A program made the position numbers and the translations under genes. From Deltaproteobacteria bacterium (lineage in GTDB: Bacteria; Myxococcota_A; Polyangia; Polyangiales; Houyiibacteriaceae): a DNA stretch of 45,468 nt. Shown here piece by piece: positions 1-9,922 of the stretch; position 1 is the stretch's first letter, and every line of letters starts with the position of its first letter. The stretch spans positions 1-45,468 of the forward strand of contig JAXMNT010000060.1 in assembly GCA_034670305.1 (NCBI GenBank). Direction: 5' to 3'. A model generated the notes under the pieces. It saw nothing but the letters and a program-made list of their open reading frames with translations. It did not search any database and had not been told where the DNA came from.

Positions 1-124
1 TCCGCTGGGCATCGCGCTCCGATTCGCGCCTCGCCGTCGCGAAACACACGGCGTCCACGACGCGGGCAAGGGCACGGGCAAGGGCAACGGCAAGGGAGCA
101 GGTCGCTTTTCAGCGACCTGCTAG
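1..124 (+). CDS. 3' end of an upstream gene (partial), ending in GKGTGKGNGKG...ATC*
   Basis: The frame from position 2 is open (PLGIALRFAPRRR...) to TAG at 122-124. It is too short to assign a product. Confidence 0.35.
   Translation, partial: PLGIALRFAPRRRETHGVHDAGKGTGKGNGKGAGRFSATC
61..124. repeat. Composite REP/MITE-like element: GGCAAG-type hexamer tract plus hairpin ending in CTAG
   Basis: CGCGGGCAAGGGCACGGGCAAGGGCAACGGCAAGGG is followed by a perfect 11-bp stem AGCAGGTCGCT(97-107)/AGCGACCTGCT(112-122). An inverted related copy lies at 45342-45423. Confidence 0.65.
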
Positions 125-170
125 GCGGGCGACGCGACGGGGACTCCGGCTTGTGGGTACCCTCGACCGC

Positions 171-2555
171 ATGCGCCTCTGGTTCCTCCTCACCTTCGCC
201 TTGATCTCTTGCGGCGGGGACGAACCGGAACCTGCTGCCGAGCCGGCCTCGTCGACTCCGGCGACGACCCCGACCACGCCGGAGGGGTCGACAACCGCAA
301 CCCCCGAGGCGGCGGATTCGTTGGCGCCGCGTCTCGCCGTCACTCCTGGTTTCGCGGTCGTACCGCGCCAGCCTGCGTACCGTGGTGCCGTGTTCGTGGT
401 GCCGGGCAAGCCGCATGGTCTGGTGGCGGGTGATGGACTCACGTTGTTCGACATTCCTTCCGGGGTAGTTCGTGCGCACTGGAAGTTCCTGCGGCCAGGC
501 CAGATCCAGTTCGACGCAGACGTGACGAACATGCTTTTTCGGGCCGGGAACGACGCCACTTCGTGGGAGGGGGGCGAGTACTCCTCTCCAGCGCGGGTGC
601 ACCTGGTCGATCTTGCGACCGGGCATGCGACGACGGTGTGGGACGACGACGAGGAGATCGAAGAGCGCTGCGTCACCGACGCGGCGCTGCATCCGAGCGG
701 AGAGCACGTGGCGCTGCTTCGGCAGTTCCGCGACGACCGCGAGCGGCAGCGGGGATCGCTCGCAGTGCTGCGCCCGGGGCGCAGTCCTCGATGGACTCCG
801 AGCGAAGCCCGCTCTCTCACCTACTCACGGCGAGGAACCGTGCTGGTCTCGACGGAGCCAAATGCCGTCGTCCTCCACCACCCGCGCACGGCCGCGGTGC
901 GGAACCGGATCGAGCTGGAGGGCGACCTTTTGGCCTGGATGCACCCGACCGAGGAAGTCGCCGCGGTGTCGACGGGAACCGAGCTGGTGCTGCTCGACTT
1001 GACCGACGGACAGATCCAGGCGCGCACAACGTTCGATGGCCACTCGCTCGCATGGAGCCCCGATGGATCTCGGGTGGGCGGGTGCGGCGAAGACGACGTG
1101 GCTCATGTGTTCTCGGCTGCGGATCTGACGCCGGAGCCGCCCGCCGGAAACCCCGTCCCATGTGGATACGGTGTCCCCGATCTGCGAGGACGCACCGCCG
1201 CCTACGACGGGGAGGTGTGGCGCACTGGCGACGCGGCGATTCCGTTTCCTGGCTACCATGCGGCCCATCCGCCGGATCGCCCGACCTGGAGCTTGGTGGG
1301 CAGCAACGAGGCGGTGTCGATCCTGAACCATGCGGCGGGTCGGATCCGACCTTTGCTGCGTTCCGACCGCGATGCGGAGCGGTGGGTGTCCGGCGTCAAG
1401 ATGCACCCTCGCGGGCTCGAGGTTCCTCATGGGGGGACGTTTGGCACGGTGCCGACGATGGAGGCACCGGTCTTTCCAGCGCACGTGTTCCCGCCGCCTT
1501 TCACGCCCCAACCGGAACTGACCCAGACGAGCCGCGACGGTCGGCGTCGCGTGGTCATGGCTGTGAACGGACTCGACCTGCGCGTGTTCCTGCTGATCGC
1601 TGGTGCGCCAGATGCGGTGGCGCTCGACATGAGCGGGATGGAGTTCACGTGCCAGTACGGGGAGGATGGGACGGACTGCGTGGCGCCGGTCACGTTTCTG
1701 CCTGAAACGCTGCTTCTGGCGGGCGAGCGGTCGCACTACATGCACTTCGACAACGCGGGGAACCGGCTCGGCAGCCAATCCGAGGTCCACGACATGCAGT
1801 TCATCCCGGACGAGACCGGCGCCCGCTTCGCACTCGTGCGGTCGGATGGTTCGGTTCAGTTGTCGGGTTCCGATCTGCGGCCGACGAAGTACGTGCTCCG
1901 GCCACGCGGCGATCACCTGTTCGTGCGGGCGGTGTTCGCACCGGGCCGCAGTCACCTCGTCGTCACGAGAGGGGCGTCGCTCGTGATCGCAGACGCCGAC
2001 GGAGAGGTCCTGCACCGCGTTGCGTTGCCGCACCCGGCGGTGGATGCGGTGATCGAGGGCGACGCAGTGCGCGTCCAGACGGCGGAGGAACTCGTCTGGG
2101 TGACGCTGGCCTCCGGAGCGACCGCTCGGACCGTGGAGGTTGCTCAGAGGGGGGCGTCGCCGACCGGTTCGACCCGGGTGCTCCACTGCCAGCGCCGGGA
2201 GCTGCGATTGCGCGACCTCGCAACCGGCGGAGACATCCCCATGGGCCCGTGCCCGTACCGGTCGTACGGGGCGGGCACCAACGAGACGCATGCGTGGTGG
2301 CCGCGGGAAGCGGGCCTCGAGCTCTACCGCATCGCAGACGGCGCGCGGATGACGGTGCGTGTGTTCGGCAAGCAGCGCACGTTTGCGGTTGCGTACACCC
2401 CGGAGGGCCAGGTCGAGATGACCGATCCGAGCGCGGCTTCGCGGGTACGGATCCGCGCGGCCGGCCCAGTGCTCGACGCCGCGCTCTCCGATTTGGATCC
2501 CGCGACGCTCGTGCCAGGCCTCGTGGAACGCTACCTGGCTGGCGAACCGCTCTGA
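171..2555 (+). CDS. WD40/beta-propeller repeat lipoprotein
   Basis: Lipobox signal [14 protein letters not shown], a Pro/Thr linker, and propeller motifs (LHPSG, AWSPDG, FAPGR, YTPEG). The start is set at ATG 171. Confidence 0.7.
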   Translation: MRLWFLLTFALISCGGDEPEPAAEPASSTPATTPTTPEGSTTATPEAADSLAPRLAVTPGFAVVPRQPAYRGAVFVVPGKPHGLVAGDGLTLFDIPSGVVRAHWKFLRPGQIQFDADVTNMLFRAGNDATSWEGGEYSSPARVHLVDLATGHATTVWDDDEEIEERCVTDAALHPSGEHVALLRQFRDDRERQRGSLAVLRPGRSPRWTPSEARSLTYSRRGTVLVSTEPNAVVLHHPRTAAVRNRIELEGDLLAWMHPTEEVAAVSTGTELVLLDLTDGQIQARTTFDGHSLAWSPDGSRVGGCGEDDVAHVFSAADLTPEPPAGNPVPCGYGVPDLRGRTAAYDGEVWRTGDAAIPFPGYHAAHPPDRPTWSLVGSNEAVSILNHAAGRIRPLLRSDRDAERWVSGVKMHPRGLEVPHGGTFGTVPTMEAPVFPAHVFPPPFTPQPELTQTSRDGRRRVVMAVNGLDLRVFLLIAGAPDAVALDMSGMEFTCQYGEDGTDCVAPVTFLPETLLLAGERSHYMHFDNAGNRLGSQSEVHDMQFIPDETGARFALVRSDGSVQLSGSDLRPTKYVLRPRGDHLFVRAVFAPGRSHLVVTRGASLVIADADGEVLHRVALPHPAVDAVIEGDAVRVQTAEELVWVTLASGATARTVEVAQRGASPTGSTRVLHCQRRELRLRDLATGGDIPMGPCPYRSYGAGTNETHAWWPREAGLELYRIADGARMTVRVFGKQRTFAVAYTPEGQVEMTDPSAASRVRIRAAGPVLDAALSDLDPATLVPGLVERYLAGEPL

Positions 2556-2567
2556 AACGCGGCTGAG

Positions 2568-2687
2568 TTCGGCTTCGGATTCGGCTCCGGGGTCGGCTTC
2601 GGATTCCGCTTCGGGATCGGCTTCGGCTTCGGGATCGGCTTCGGCTTCGGCTTCGGCTTCGGCTTCGGGGTCGGCTTCGGAGTCGGC
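2568..2687. repeat. Intergenic hexamer tandem repeat (GGCTTC)n with variants
   Basis: About 20 degenerate 6-bp units between two convergent stop codons (2555 and 2691). Confidence 0.85.
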
Positions 2688-2690
2688 GCT

Positions 2691-3029
2691 CTAGGCCAGG
2701 TAGACGAGGCCATCGCGGACCACGATGGCCACTGGGCGCAGCCGCGCTGCCGGGGGCTCGACGCCCTCTCCGGTGCAGGCGTCGTAGCTCCAGAAGTGGG
2801 CGGTGCAGGTCAACACGCCTTTGCACAGCTCGCCTTCGCTCAACTTGATGCGGGCGTGGGCGCAGCGGTCTTCGTACGCGTGGAGCGCGCCGCCGCTTCG
2901 CAGCACGACGACGGGGCCAGCTGGTGTCTCCACGCCGATCATCCCGTCCTCGGCGACCTCGTCGGCGGCGACGAGGGGGGCGCCGACTTCCGCGCCCTCC
3001 GTCGCCTGTGGGTCTTCTTCTGGCGTCAC
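2691..3029 (-). CDS. Rieske [2Fe-2S] ferredoxin (non-haem oxygenase ferredoxin type)
   Basis: Motifs DRCAH ... [16 protein letters not shown] start at 3029 with GGAGAAGG upstream. Confidence 0.85.
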   Translation of the reverse strand: MTPEEDPQATEGAEVGAPLVAADEVAEDGMIGVETPAGPVVVLRSGGALHAYEDRCAHARIKLSEGELCKGVLTCTAHFWSYDACTGEGVEPPAARLRPVAIVVRDGLVYLA

Positions 3030-3060
3030 GGCGCCTTCTCCGGCGGCGTCCGTGCGTTGC

Positions 3061-4740
3061 CTAGAGACGGCGTCGCCACAGGAGCGCGGCCGCGAGCAAC
3101 AAGAGCGCACCCGCGTCCCCGCCCCCGGTGCTGCGGCACGCGCAGCCGGGATCCGCGGCGCCAGGCACGACGCGTCCGGCGTCGGTGCCATCGCCGCCTG
3201 CGTCTTCTTCGACTGGCGGTTCACCGGCGTCTTCGCCCGGTGGCACGCCGGCGTCTTCACCCGGCGGCACGCCGGCGTCTTCGCCCATCTCGGGGATGTC
3301 GACGCATTCGCCGGTCGTGCACATCTGACCGGGCGGGCAGACCGCGCCGGCGCACGCGTCGTTGCAGGCGCCCGCTTCACAGACCGTACCCGCGGGACAC
3401 ATCATCGACGCGCACGCGTCGTCCACGCAGTGCCCATCCGCACCACAGGTTTCCCCAGCCGCGCAGCCCGAGAGATCGCAGCGGCCGATGCACGCGCCGT
3501 CCGAGCAGACCTGGCATTCCGGATCGCACGTCAGCGTCTCGCACAGATCCAGACAGCGTCCGGCGCGGCACTCCTGGCCGGCCGGGCACGCGATGCCGTC
3601 GCACGCGCCGATGCAGCTGCCGCCGCGGCACCGCTGTCCTTCGGGGCACTCGATGCCTTCGCACGCAGCGTCCACGCAGCGGCCGTCGGCGTTGCAGGTC
3701 TCGCCGTCCATGCAGCCACCTTCGAAGCACACGTCGCGGCACACGCCGCGGTCGCAGATCTCGGTGCCGGTGCAGAGCGCGTCCCCTTCGTCGGTGGTGC
3801 CGTCGCAGTCGTTGTCGACCGCGTCGCAGCGCTCGCCGCTCGGCTCGAGCACGGCCTGGCATTCGGTCCCCATGCCGACGCAGTTGGTGCGGCCTTCGCC
3901 GCAGACGCCGAGCGCGCCGGTGTCGCAGGGCATGCCGGCGTCCGGACACACGACGGTTCCGCCGCGCACCTGAAAGCGCCAGATGCCGGTCTCACCCACG
4001 TTGGAGTCCGTGCAGAGCACGTTGCGGATCCCGTCCATGCGCGAGCCCATGATCGCGACGAAGTTGGTTGAGTCGCCCGCGTCGAATCCCGCTTGGGCCG
4101 GGGTGCCGCCGAGGCCGCCGCTTCCGCCCGAGGCATCGCCGGTCTCCCACTCGCAGCGGTTGTAACGAAACTCCACGTCGAAGTCGCCGGCGCCGCCGCA
4201 GCCTTCGACCGCGGTGAGGATCAGCTGGAAGCTCATGCGCCGGTCGGTGTTGCAGTTGTAGTAGCCGACCCGGTCCCAGGTCACGACCAGCCGCCCAGCC
4301 TCCATGGTCCACCACACGCCGTTCTCGGGCGGGTTGTGGCACGGCGAACAGACGGTGCAGGTCACGCCCACCGATCCCTGGCACGCGCCGCCGGCGGCGA
4401 AGTTGTTCCGGATGTCCACGTCGCCCCAGTAGGGCGCGATCATCGGCTGGTCGGCGACCGGGAACGCGGCGGGCGTGAACGTCGAGAGGCGCTCGCTGAA
4501 GGTGATGTTGCCGTTCGTGTTCACGAAGATGGAGGAGTGGGTGCGGGAGAAGAACCGCAGCCCCGCCGGGAAGAACGGCGTGAGGTCGATCTCCGCGCTC
4601 GAGCCGTCGTCGTTGGGGCTCAAACACTGGGTGCCGTAGCCAGCGGTGCCGCCGAAGCCGTTGATCATCGAGGCCTGCGCGTGCACCAGCTGGGGTGCGA
4701 ACCAGGTGGCGACGAGAAGTAGGAAGGCGGCGCGGAACAT
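3061..4740 (-). CDS. Nidogen-like (NIDO) domain, Cys-rich, MYXO-CTERM surface protein
   Basis: Signal peptide MFRAAFLLL, NIDO motifs (NDDGSS, FVNTNGNITF, IAPYWGDVD, QAGFDAG, SNVG..GIWRF), DNDCDG and Cys repeats, and the C-terminal tail GCAC...LLLLAAALLWRRRL. Confidence 0.85.
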   Translation of the reverse strand: MFRAAFLLLVATWFAPQLVHAQASMINGFGGTAGYGTQCLSPNDDGSSAEIDLTPFFPAGLRFFSRTHSSIFVNTNGNITFSERLSTFTPAAFPVADQPMIAPYWGDVDIRNNFAAGGACQGSVGVTCTVCSPCHNPPENGVWWTMEAGRLVVTWDRVGYYNCNTDRRMSFQLILTAVEGCGGAGDFDVEFRYNRCEWETGDASGGSGGLGGTPAQAGFDAGDSTNFVAIMGSRMDGIRNVLCTDSNVGETGIWRFQVRGGTVVCPDAGMPCDTGALGVCGEGRTNCVGMGTECQAVLEPSGERCDAVDNDCDGTTDEGDALCTGTEICDRGVCRDVCFEGGCMDGETCNADGRCVDAACEGIECPEGQRCRGGSCIGACDGIACPAGQECRAGRCLDLCETLTCDPECQVCSDGACIGRCDLSGCAAGETCGADGHCVDDACASMMCPAGTVCEAGACNDACAGAVCPPGQMCTTGECVDIPEMGEDAGVPPGEDAGVPPGEDAGEPPVEEDAGGDGTDAGRVVPGAADPGCACRSTGGGDAGALLLLAAALLWRRRL

Positions 4741-4880
4741 GTGGAGACCTCTTTCGAATCGATCGAACTCCCCCAAGTCCGGCGAACTCACAGGGTCGTG
4801 GATTCTCGGGTGGAGATCAACGCACCACGGTCCCGGCCACCATTGGATGCCGCCGGACGCCCACGTGCTACATCCCCTTC

Positions 4881-6020
4881 GTGAATGCGCGTCCCGGCGT
4901 TCTGCTCGTCTTGATCCCGCTCTCCATGCTCCTCGGCGCGGGGTTGGTCGTCGCCCTGCAGTTCTGGATGGCGCCGGTGGTGGTGCCGGTCGTGGCGCCG
5001 CCGGATCTGCCGCCGACCCCACCGCTGGTCTTGCCGCGGGGCGACCTCGCCGAGAACGAACGCGCGACGGTGGAGCTCTTCCGCAACGCGGCGCCGAGCG
5101 TGGTGTTCATCACGAAGCTCTCGGTGCGGATGGATCCGTTTCGCCGCAACGCGATGGCCATCCCGGACGGCACCGGCTCCGGCTTCATGTGGGACAACGC
5201 CGGTCACATCGTCACCAACTTCCACGTCATCGCAGGGGCGGACGCGGCCCGGGTCACGCTCGAGGATCAATCGGTGTGGGACGCCCAGCTCGTCGGCGTG
5301 CACCCGCCGAAGGACATCGCCGTGCTGCGCATCACCGCGCCGGCGGCCGTGCTCAAGCCCTTGCCCGTCGGCACGAGCAGCGACTTGCAGGTGGGCCAGA
5401 CCGTGTTCGCGATCGGCAACCCGTTCGGGCTCGATCACACGTTGAGCGCGGGCGTGATCAGCGGGCTCGGCCGCGAGATCATGAGCGTGGGCCGCCGTCC
5501 GATCCAGGGCGTCATTCAGACCGACGCGGCCATCAACCCTGGCAACTCCGGCGGGCCGCTGCTCGACAGCGCCGGTCGGCTGATCGGCATGAACACCGCC
5601 ATCTACAGTCCGTCGGGTGCCAGCGCGGGCGTGGGCTTCGCGGTCCCGGTCGACTCCGTGCAGACCGTCGTGCCTCAGCTCATCGCGAGCGGCCGGGTAG
5701 AGCGGCCTGGTCTCGGCATCCAGATCGACGAAGGGCAGCTCGCGCAGCGGCTCGGATTGCGCGGCGCGTTGGTGCTCGGGGTCGTCGCTGGCTCCGGCGC
5801 CGAGGGCGCGGATCTCTTGCCGACCACGCGCGACCCGCGCACCGGCAGCATCGTGCTCGGCGATCGGATCATCGCGGTGGACGGCGAAGCGGTGTCCGAC
5901 AACCTGGAGCTCTACCGCATCCTCGATCGGCGCCAGGTCGGCGACGTGGTGCGGGTGACGGTGGTGCGCGGCGAGGAGCAACGCGAAGTCCCGATCCGTT
6001 TGAGCGCCATCGTCGAGTAG
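4881..6020 (+). CDS. HtrA/DegP-family trypsin-like serine protease with PDZ domain
   Basis: Catalytic triad TNFHV / KDIAVL / GNSGGP, QTDAAIN motif, N-terminal TM helix and C-terminal PDZ. The GTG 4881 start is inferred. Confidence 0.9.
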   Translation: MNARPGVLLVLIPLSMLLGAGLVVALQFWMAPVVVPVVAPPDLPPTPPLVLPRGDLAENERATVELFRNAAPSVVFITKLSVRMDPFRRNAMAIPDGTGSGFMWDNAGHIVTNFHVIAGADAARVTLEDQSVWDAQLVGVHPPKDIAVLRITAPAAVLKPLPVGTSSDLQVGQTVFAIGNPFGLDHTLSAGVISGLGREIMSVGRRPIQGVIQTDAAINPGNSGGPLLDSAGRLIGMNTAIYSPSGASAGVGFAVPVDSVQTVVPQLIASGRVERPGLGIQIDEGQLAQRLGLRGALVLGVVAGSGAEGADLLPTTRDPRTGSIVLGDRIIAVDGEAVSDNLELYRILDRRQVGDVVRVTVVRGEEQREVPIRLSAIVE

Positions 6021-6051
6021 CCGCGCGCCAGGCCCGTAGCTGCAGAAAGCA

Positions 6052-7479
6052 TCAACGCCGGCGCAGGATCAACATCTCGGACTGTTCGCATTCGCGGCAG
6101 AGCACGTAGGGGGTCGACTCGAGCCGGTGCACGACCTCGAAGCGCGGGCTCGCGACCATGGCCGGGAACCAGGACTCGAAGACGACGTAGTACGCCGGGT
6201 CGCGTGCGCGCAGCACCGCAGCGCGGTCCTCGAGCACCCGGTGGTCGTTGAGCCCCACGAGATCGACCACCGGCCGCTCCGTCAAGAGCCGCACCGCGCC
6301 CGCGTCCGCGCTCGCGAGCCACGCGCCCCGCGGCGCGTGTTCGTCCAGCCAGTGCGCGGCGGCCACGTTCAGCGCCGCGATGTTCGTGCAGCTCTGCCCA
6401 TACTCCGCCGCGGCAGGCACGCTGGCCCCGGCGGCGACCAAGAGCGCCAGCGCACACACGATCGCGCGGCCCACGCGGTGGGGCACGGACCACAGCCCCA
6501 TACCGACGACCACGAGCAAGAGCGGACGGACGGGCAGGGCGTAGCGCATCCAGAAGAAGCGCTCTGTCTCTCGAAGATCGTGCGCCCAAGCCACCGCGGC
6601 GACGAACCCGAGCACGAGCCAGAGTGGGGCGAGCGCGCGGGGTCCGAAGGCGTGCACGGCGAACCCGGCCGCCAGCACGAGCGGCGCCAGCCAGCGTCCA
6701 CCCAGCACCGCGAGTCCTGCGTCGAGCACGTCGCCGAACTGATCCAAAAGCGAGAGTCCGGTGACGTGTTTCGCAAAGTACGTGGTGGGCAGCAGCCGGT
6801 CGGTGGCGTGCAGGCACCAGAGCGACCAGGCGCACAGGAGCACCAGCGAGGGCAGCGCCAGCCAGAGCAGCCCCCGTCGACCGATGCCGCGGCGCGCCTG
6901 CCACCCGATGACGAGCACGACCACGACCGCCAGCTCTGGGCGGGTGAGCGTGGTGAGCCCGAGCAAGAGGCCGGCGGTCGGGAAGTGCAGCCGCTCGAGC
7001 GAGCGCAGCGCCGCCAAGAGCAAGGCGGCGGCGAGCGGCACCTCCATGCCGCTGAGCGCGCTGAACATCATCGCGGGATCGATCGCGACCAACAGCCCTG
7101 CCGCGATGCCCGGTCCCGGGCCGGTGCCTGCGCCGCCAGACCAGGAAGACGCCAGTCGGTCGGCGAGGAGCGCCGCGACGACCATCGTGAAACAGCCGAG
7201 CACCTTGCTCGCGCCCACCAACGTGGACCCCGCGAGGCCGATCACGTGAAACGGAGTCAGCACGAGCGCCCACAGGGGGCTGGTGGTGCCGGCCGCCGGC
7301 TCTCCAGGGTTGTAGGCGAGCCCTTCGCCGTATGCGATGCCTTCTGCGTAGACGTGGTGGATGTAGGCGTCGTCGAGCGCGAAGGTGTCCCAGGCGTGGT
7401 CGCCCCGGCTGAGGAACCAGGCCGCCATGGCGGCGTTGGCGAGCGCGTAGAGCGCGGCGCGTGGCGCGAGTTCCTTCAA
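6052..7479 (-). CDS. Multi-TM GT-C fold glycosyltransferase
   Basis: DDAYI..YA....G.G..YNPGE...GTTSPLW, SGMEVPL, TRPE and DLVGLND motifs, with many TM helices. Confidence 0.75.
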   Translation of the reverse strand: MKELAPRAALYALANAAMAAWFLSRGDHAWDTFALDDAYIHHVYAEGIAYGEGLAYNPGEPAAGTTSPLWALVLTPFHVIGLAGSTLVGASKVLGCFTMVVAALLADRLASSWSGGAGTGPGPGIAAGLLVAIDPAMMFSALSGMEVPLAAALLLAALRSLERLHFPTAGLLLGLTTLTRPELAVVVVLVIGWQARRGIGRRGLLWLALPSLVLLCAWSLWCLHATDRLLPTTYFAKHVTGLSLLDQFGDVLDAGLAVLGGRWLAPLVLAAGFAVHAFGPRALAPLWLVLGFVAAVAWAHDLRETERFFWMRYALPVRPLLLVVVGMGLWSVPHRVGRAIVCALALLVAAGASVPAAAEYGQSCTNIAALNVAAAHWLDEHAPRGAWLASADAGAVRLLTERPVVDLVGLNDHRVLEDRAAVLRARDPAYYVVFESWFPAMVASPRFEVVHRLESTPYVLCRECEQSEMLILRRR

Positions 7480-7560
7480 GCCGCGGATCGTACACCCTTC
7501 GATCCAGCTTCGACGCGCGTGCTATCCTGCCTCCTCGGGGGCGAAGAAGGTGGTGGCGGT

Positions 7561-9042
7561 GTGCGTGTGAGTCCGGTTCGAGTGCGCGTTGGGTTGTCCC
7601 TCGTCTGCCTGTGCGCCAGCGCGTGCGCGGTGGACCGATCGGGACTCGGTTCGAACGACACCATCGACGGCGGCGCCCTGGATGCGCCTGGGTTCGACGC
7701 ACCCGGCATCGATGCGCCGGGCATGGACGCACCGATGGGTATGGACGCGCCGATGGGTGTGGACGCACCGATGGGCGTGGACGCACCGATGGGCGTGGAC
7801 GCGCCGATGATGATGGAGGACGCGGGCACCGACGCGTTCGTCCCGGACGCCGGAACCGACGTGCCGGTGTTCGTCTGCCTGGAGACGGCGCAGCGGTGCG
7901 TCGATGCCGAGCTCCAGACCTGCACCGGCGGCGCGTTCGTGCCCACCGAGACCTGTCTTCTCGGCTGTCTCGACGCGCCGAGCCCGCACTGCGGTTTCTA
8001 CACCCCGAGCAACGTCGGATCCTTCCCCGCTTCGGCGCCGAGCGCGGGCATCGACTCGGCGACCTGGGACACCGACGCCTGCGAAGCGATCCCCCACCAG
8101 AGCCGCACCGCCACCCAGGCTGGCGGCACGAGCGTCTGCATCGTCGAGTTCGAATCGTTGCGACAAGACGGCACCCTGACGGTGCGCGGCAGCCGTCCTT
8201 TGGTGATCCTGGCCCTCGCGGATGTGAACCTCAACGACGTGACCTTCGAACGCAACGTCGCCCCGTGGAACTCGGTGGGCAACGGTGCGAACGGGGAGAA
8301 CCGAGATCTTCGAGCGGACGGCGGTGGGGGAGGGGGCAGCCTCTGTGGCGAAGGGGCCTCGGGTGGCTATGGCGGTGAAAGCGGGGGGGGCGGAAGCCGC
8401 CGGGCGTCTGGCGGCGGCGGCGGCACGCCGCAAGCTGGCGGGTACATGATGGAGCCGCTGCTCTTTGGCGGACGCGGCGGCGTCGGAGGCGCAGGCGCGA
8501 GTCGTGGGTTCGGTGGATGGGGCGGTGGCGCGATCCAGATCTCCGCGATGGGCACCGTCACCTTGTCCGGCGAGATTCGATTGGTCGGTGAGCGTGGCGG
8601 CGCTGGTCGCGATGGCACGGACGATGACGGATTCAATGTCGGCGCGGGAGGCGGCGGCGGCGCGGGCGGTGGTTTGCTGATCGAAGCCGGCCTGCGGATC
8701 GACGCACCGGGGACGGTGCTTCTCGGCGGCGGCGGGGGCGGCGGATCGTCGTCCTGCTACGATCGCGGTCCCGGAGATCCTGGGGAAGAAGGCGCGTTCA
8801 TTCGCGCGGCGCAGGGCGGCGACCGAGGCCCCATGTGCCCTGACGGGGACGGCTACGGCAGCAGTGGTGGCGACGGCGGATGGACCGACGATGCGCCGAC
8901 GGATGGCAACGACAACGGACGGCGCCGGGCGAATGGCGGCGGTGGCGGTGGCGGAGCGGGTTGTCTGATCTTGCGATCCCCGGACCGCTCGAGCCCAACC
9001 CACAACGGCATCGAACGAACGTCCGGTCTCACCATCGAGTAG
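7561..9042 (+). CDS. Secreted lipoprotein with DAPMGV repeats and Gly-rich domain
   Basis: Lipobox ...CLCASAC, tandem DAPMG(M/V) repeats, and GGGGG...GGAIQI / GGGLLIEA Gly-rich blocks. The start is uncertain. Confidence 0.7.
   Translation: MRVSPVRVRVGLSLVCLCASACAVDRSGLGSNDTIDGGALDAPGFDAPGIDAPGMDAPMGMDAPMGVDAPMGVDAPMGVDAPMMMEDAGTDAFVPDAGTDVPVFVCLETAQRCVDAELQTCTGGAFVPTETCLLGCLDAPSPHCGFYTPSNVGSFPASAPSAGIDSATWDTDACEAIPHQSRTATQAGGTSVCIVEFESLRQDGTLTVRGSRPLVILALADVNLNDVTFERNVAPWNSVGNGANGENRDLRADGGGGGGSLCGEGASGGYGGESGGGGSRRASGGGGGTPQAGGYMMEPLLFGGRGGVGGAGASRGFGGWGGGAIQISAMGTVTLSGEIRLVGERGGAGRDGTDDDGFNVGAGGGGGAGGGLLIEAGLRIDAPGTVLLGGGGGGGSSSCYDRGPGDPGEEGAFIRAAQGGDRGPMCPDGDGYGSSGGDGGWTDDAPTDGNDNGRRRANGGGGGGGAGCLILRSPDRSSPTHNGIERTSGLTIE
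7678..7809 (+). repeat. Coding tandem repeat (15/18-bp units: DAPG / DAPMGV)
   Basis: Repeated GACGC(A/G)CCGATGGG(T/C)(A/G)TG units. Confidence 0.8.
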
Positions 9043-9124
9043 GTGCCGTGGGTCGCGGATGGGCGCGCATGGTTCCGGCTGGGCCGAGCGTTGCCCGCCC
9101 CGCCCCACGCGGTACACCTGTGGG

Positions 9125-9814
9125 GTGCGCATTCGATACCACGCGGGCGCCCGCGACCTGGCCGGCTGTTCGGTTGAAGAACTGTCTGGTGGTGCAACCG
9201 ATCTCGCAGCACTCGTGGAGCGGCTGCGAAGCCTCCACCCACGGCTCGCCCCGCACCTCGACCGGATGCGGTTCGCCGTCGCGGGTGAGTTCGCCGTGGC
9301 CACCACGACGGTTCGTGAAGACGACGAGGTCGACGTGATGCCCCCGGTCGCCGGGGGTGCGCCGGAGTCTTCTGCGCGCGAGGCCGTGGTGCTCGCGGAG
9401 ATCCGGTCGACGCCGCTCTCGCTCGACGAGTGCCACCAGGCGGTGTCGCATCCGGGCGCGGGTGCCGTCGTGGTGTTCACTGGCGTGGTCCGGGACCACG
9501 CGCCAGATGCGGAAGGCGTCGTGCGCGGTGTCGTCCGGCTCGACTACGAAGCGCACGACTCGCTCGCACCCAAAGAGATGCGGCGCGTGCTCGAGACGGT
9601 CGCCACCGAGTTCCCTGGCGTGCGCCTCGCCGCCACCCACCGCATCGGAGAACTCCAAGTCGGCGACTTGGCGGTGGTCGTCGCCGCCTCGGCGGCCCAT
9701 CGCGGCGACGCGTTCGAAGCGGGGCGGCTCGCGATCGATCGGATCAAAGAGACCGTGCCGATCTGGAAACACGAACACGGCAAAGAGGGCGACCCGGTGT
9801 GGGTCGCCCTCTGA
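9125..9814 (+). CDS. moaE: Molybdopterin synthase MoaD-MoaE fusion (MoaX-type)
   Basis: A ThiS/MoaD domain ending MPPVAGG is fused to MoaE (GAVVVFTGVVRDH, LDYEA, HRIGEL, HR..AF, KETVPIWKHE). Confidence 0.9.
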   Translation: MRIRYHAGARDLAGCSVEELSGGATDLAALVERLRSLHPRLAPHLDRMRFAVAGEFAVATTTVREDDEVDVMPPVAGGAPESSAREAVVLAEIRSTPLSLDECHQAVSHPGAGAVVVFTGVVRDHAPDAEGVVRGVVRLDYEAHDSLAPKEMRRVLETVATEFPGVRLAATHRIGELQVGDLAVVVAASAAHRGDAFEAGRLAIDRIKETVPIWKHEHGKEGDPVWVAL

Positions 9815-9922
9815 AGAGAACTGAGCGGTATCGATCGCCCTCCGGGCTGCCGGGGTGTGTTGGCAGCGGGCTGCGCAACTGAAGCCGCCTGACCAACGAG
9901 CCAAAGCCCACTTCGCGAGGTT

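Noticed and set aside
6127-7560. N-terminal extensions of ORF-track calls (6127, 24086-26761, 41387, 11265, 27986)
   Set aside because: They overlap opposite-strand or upstream genes. Signal peptides, RBSs or promoters place the starts downstream.
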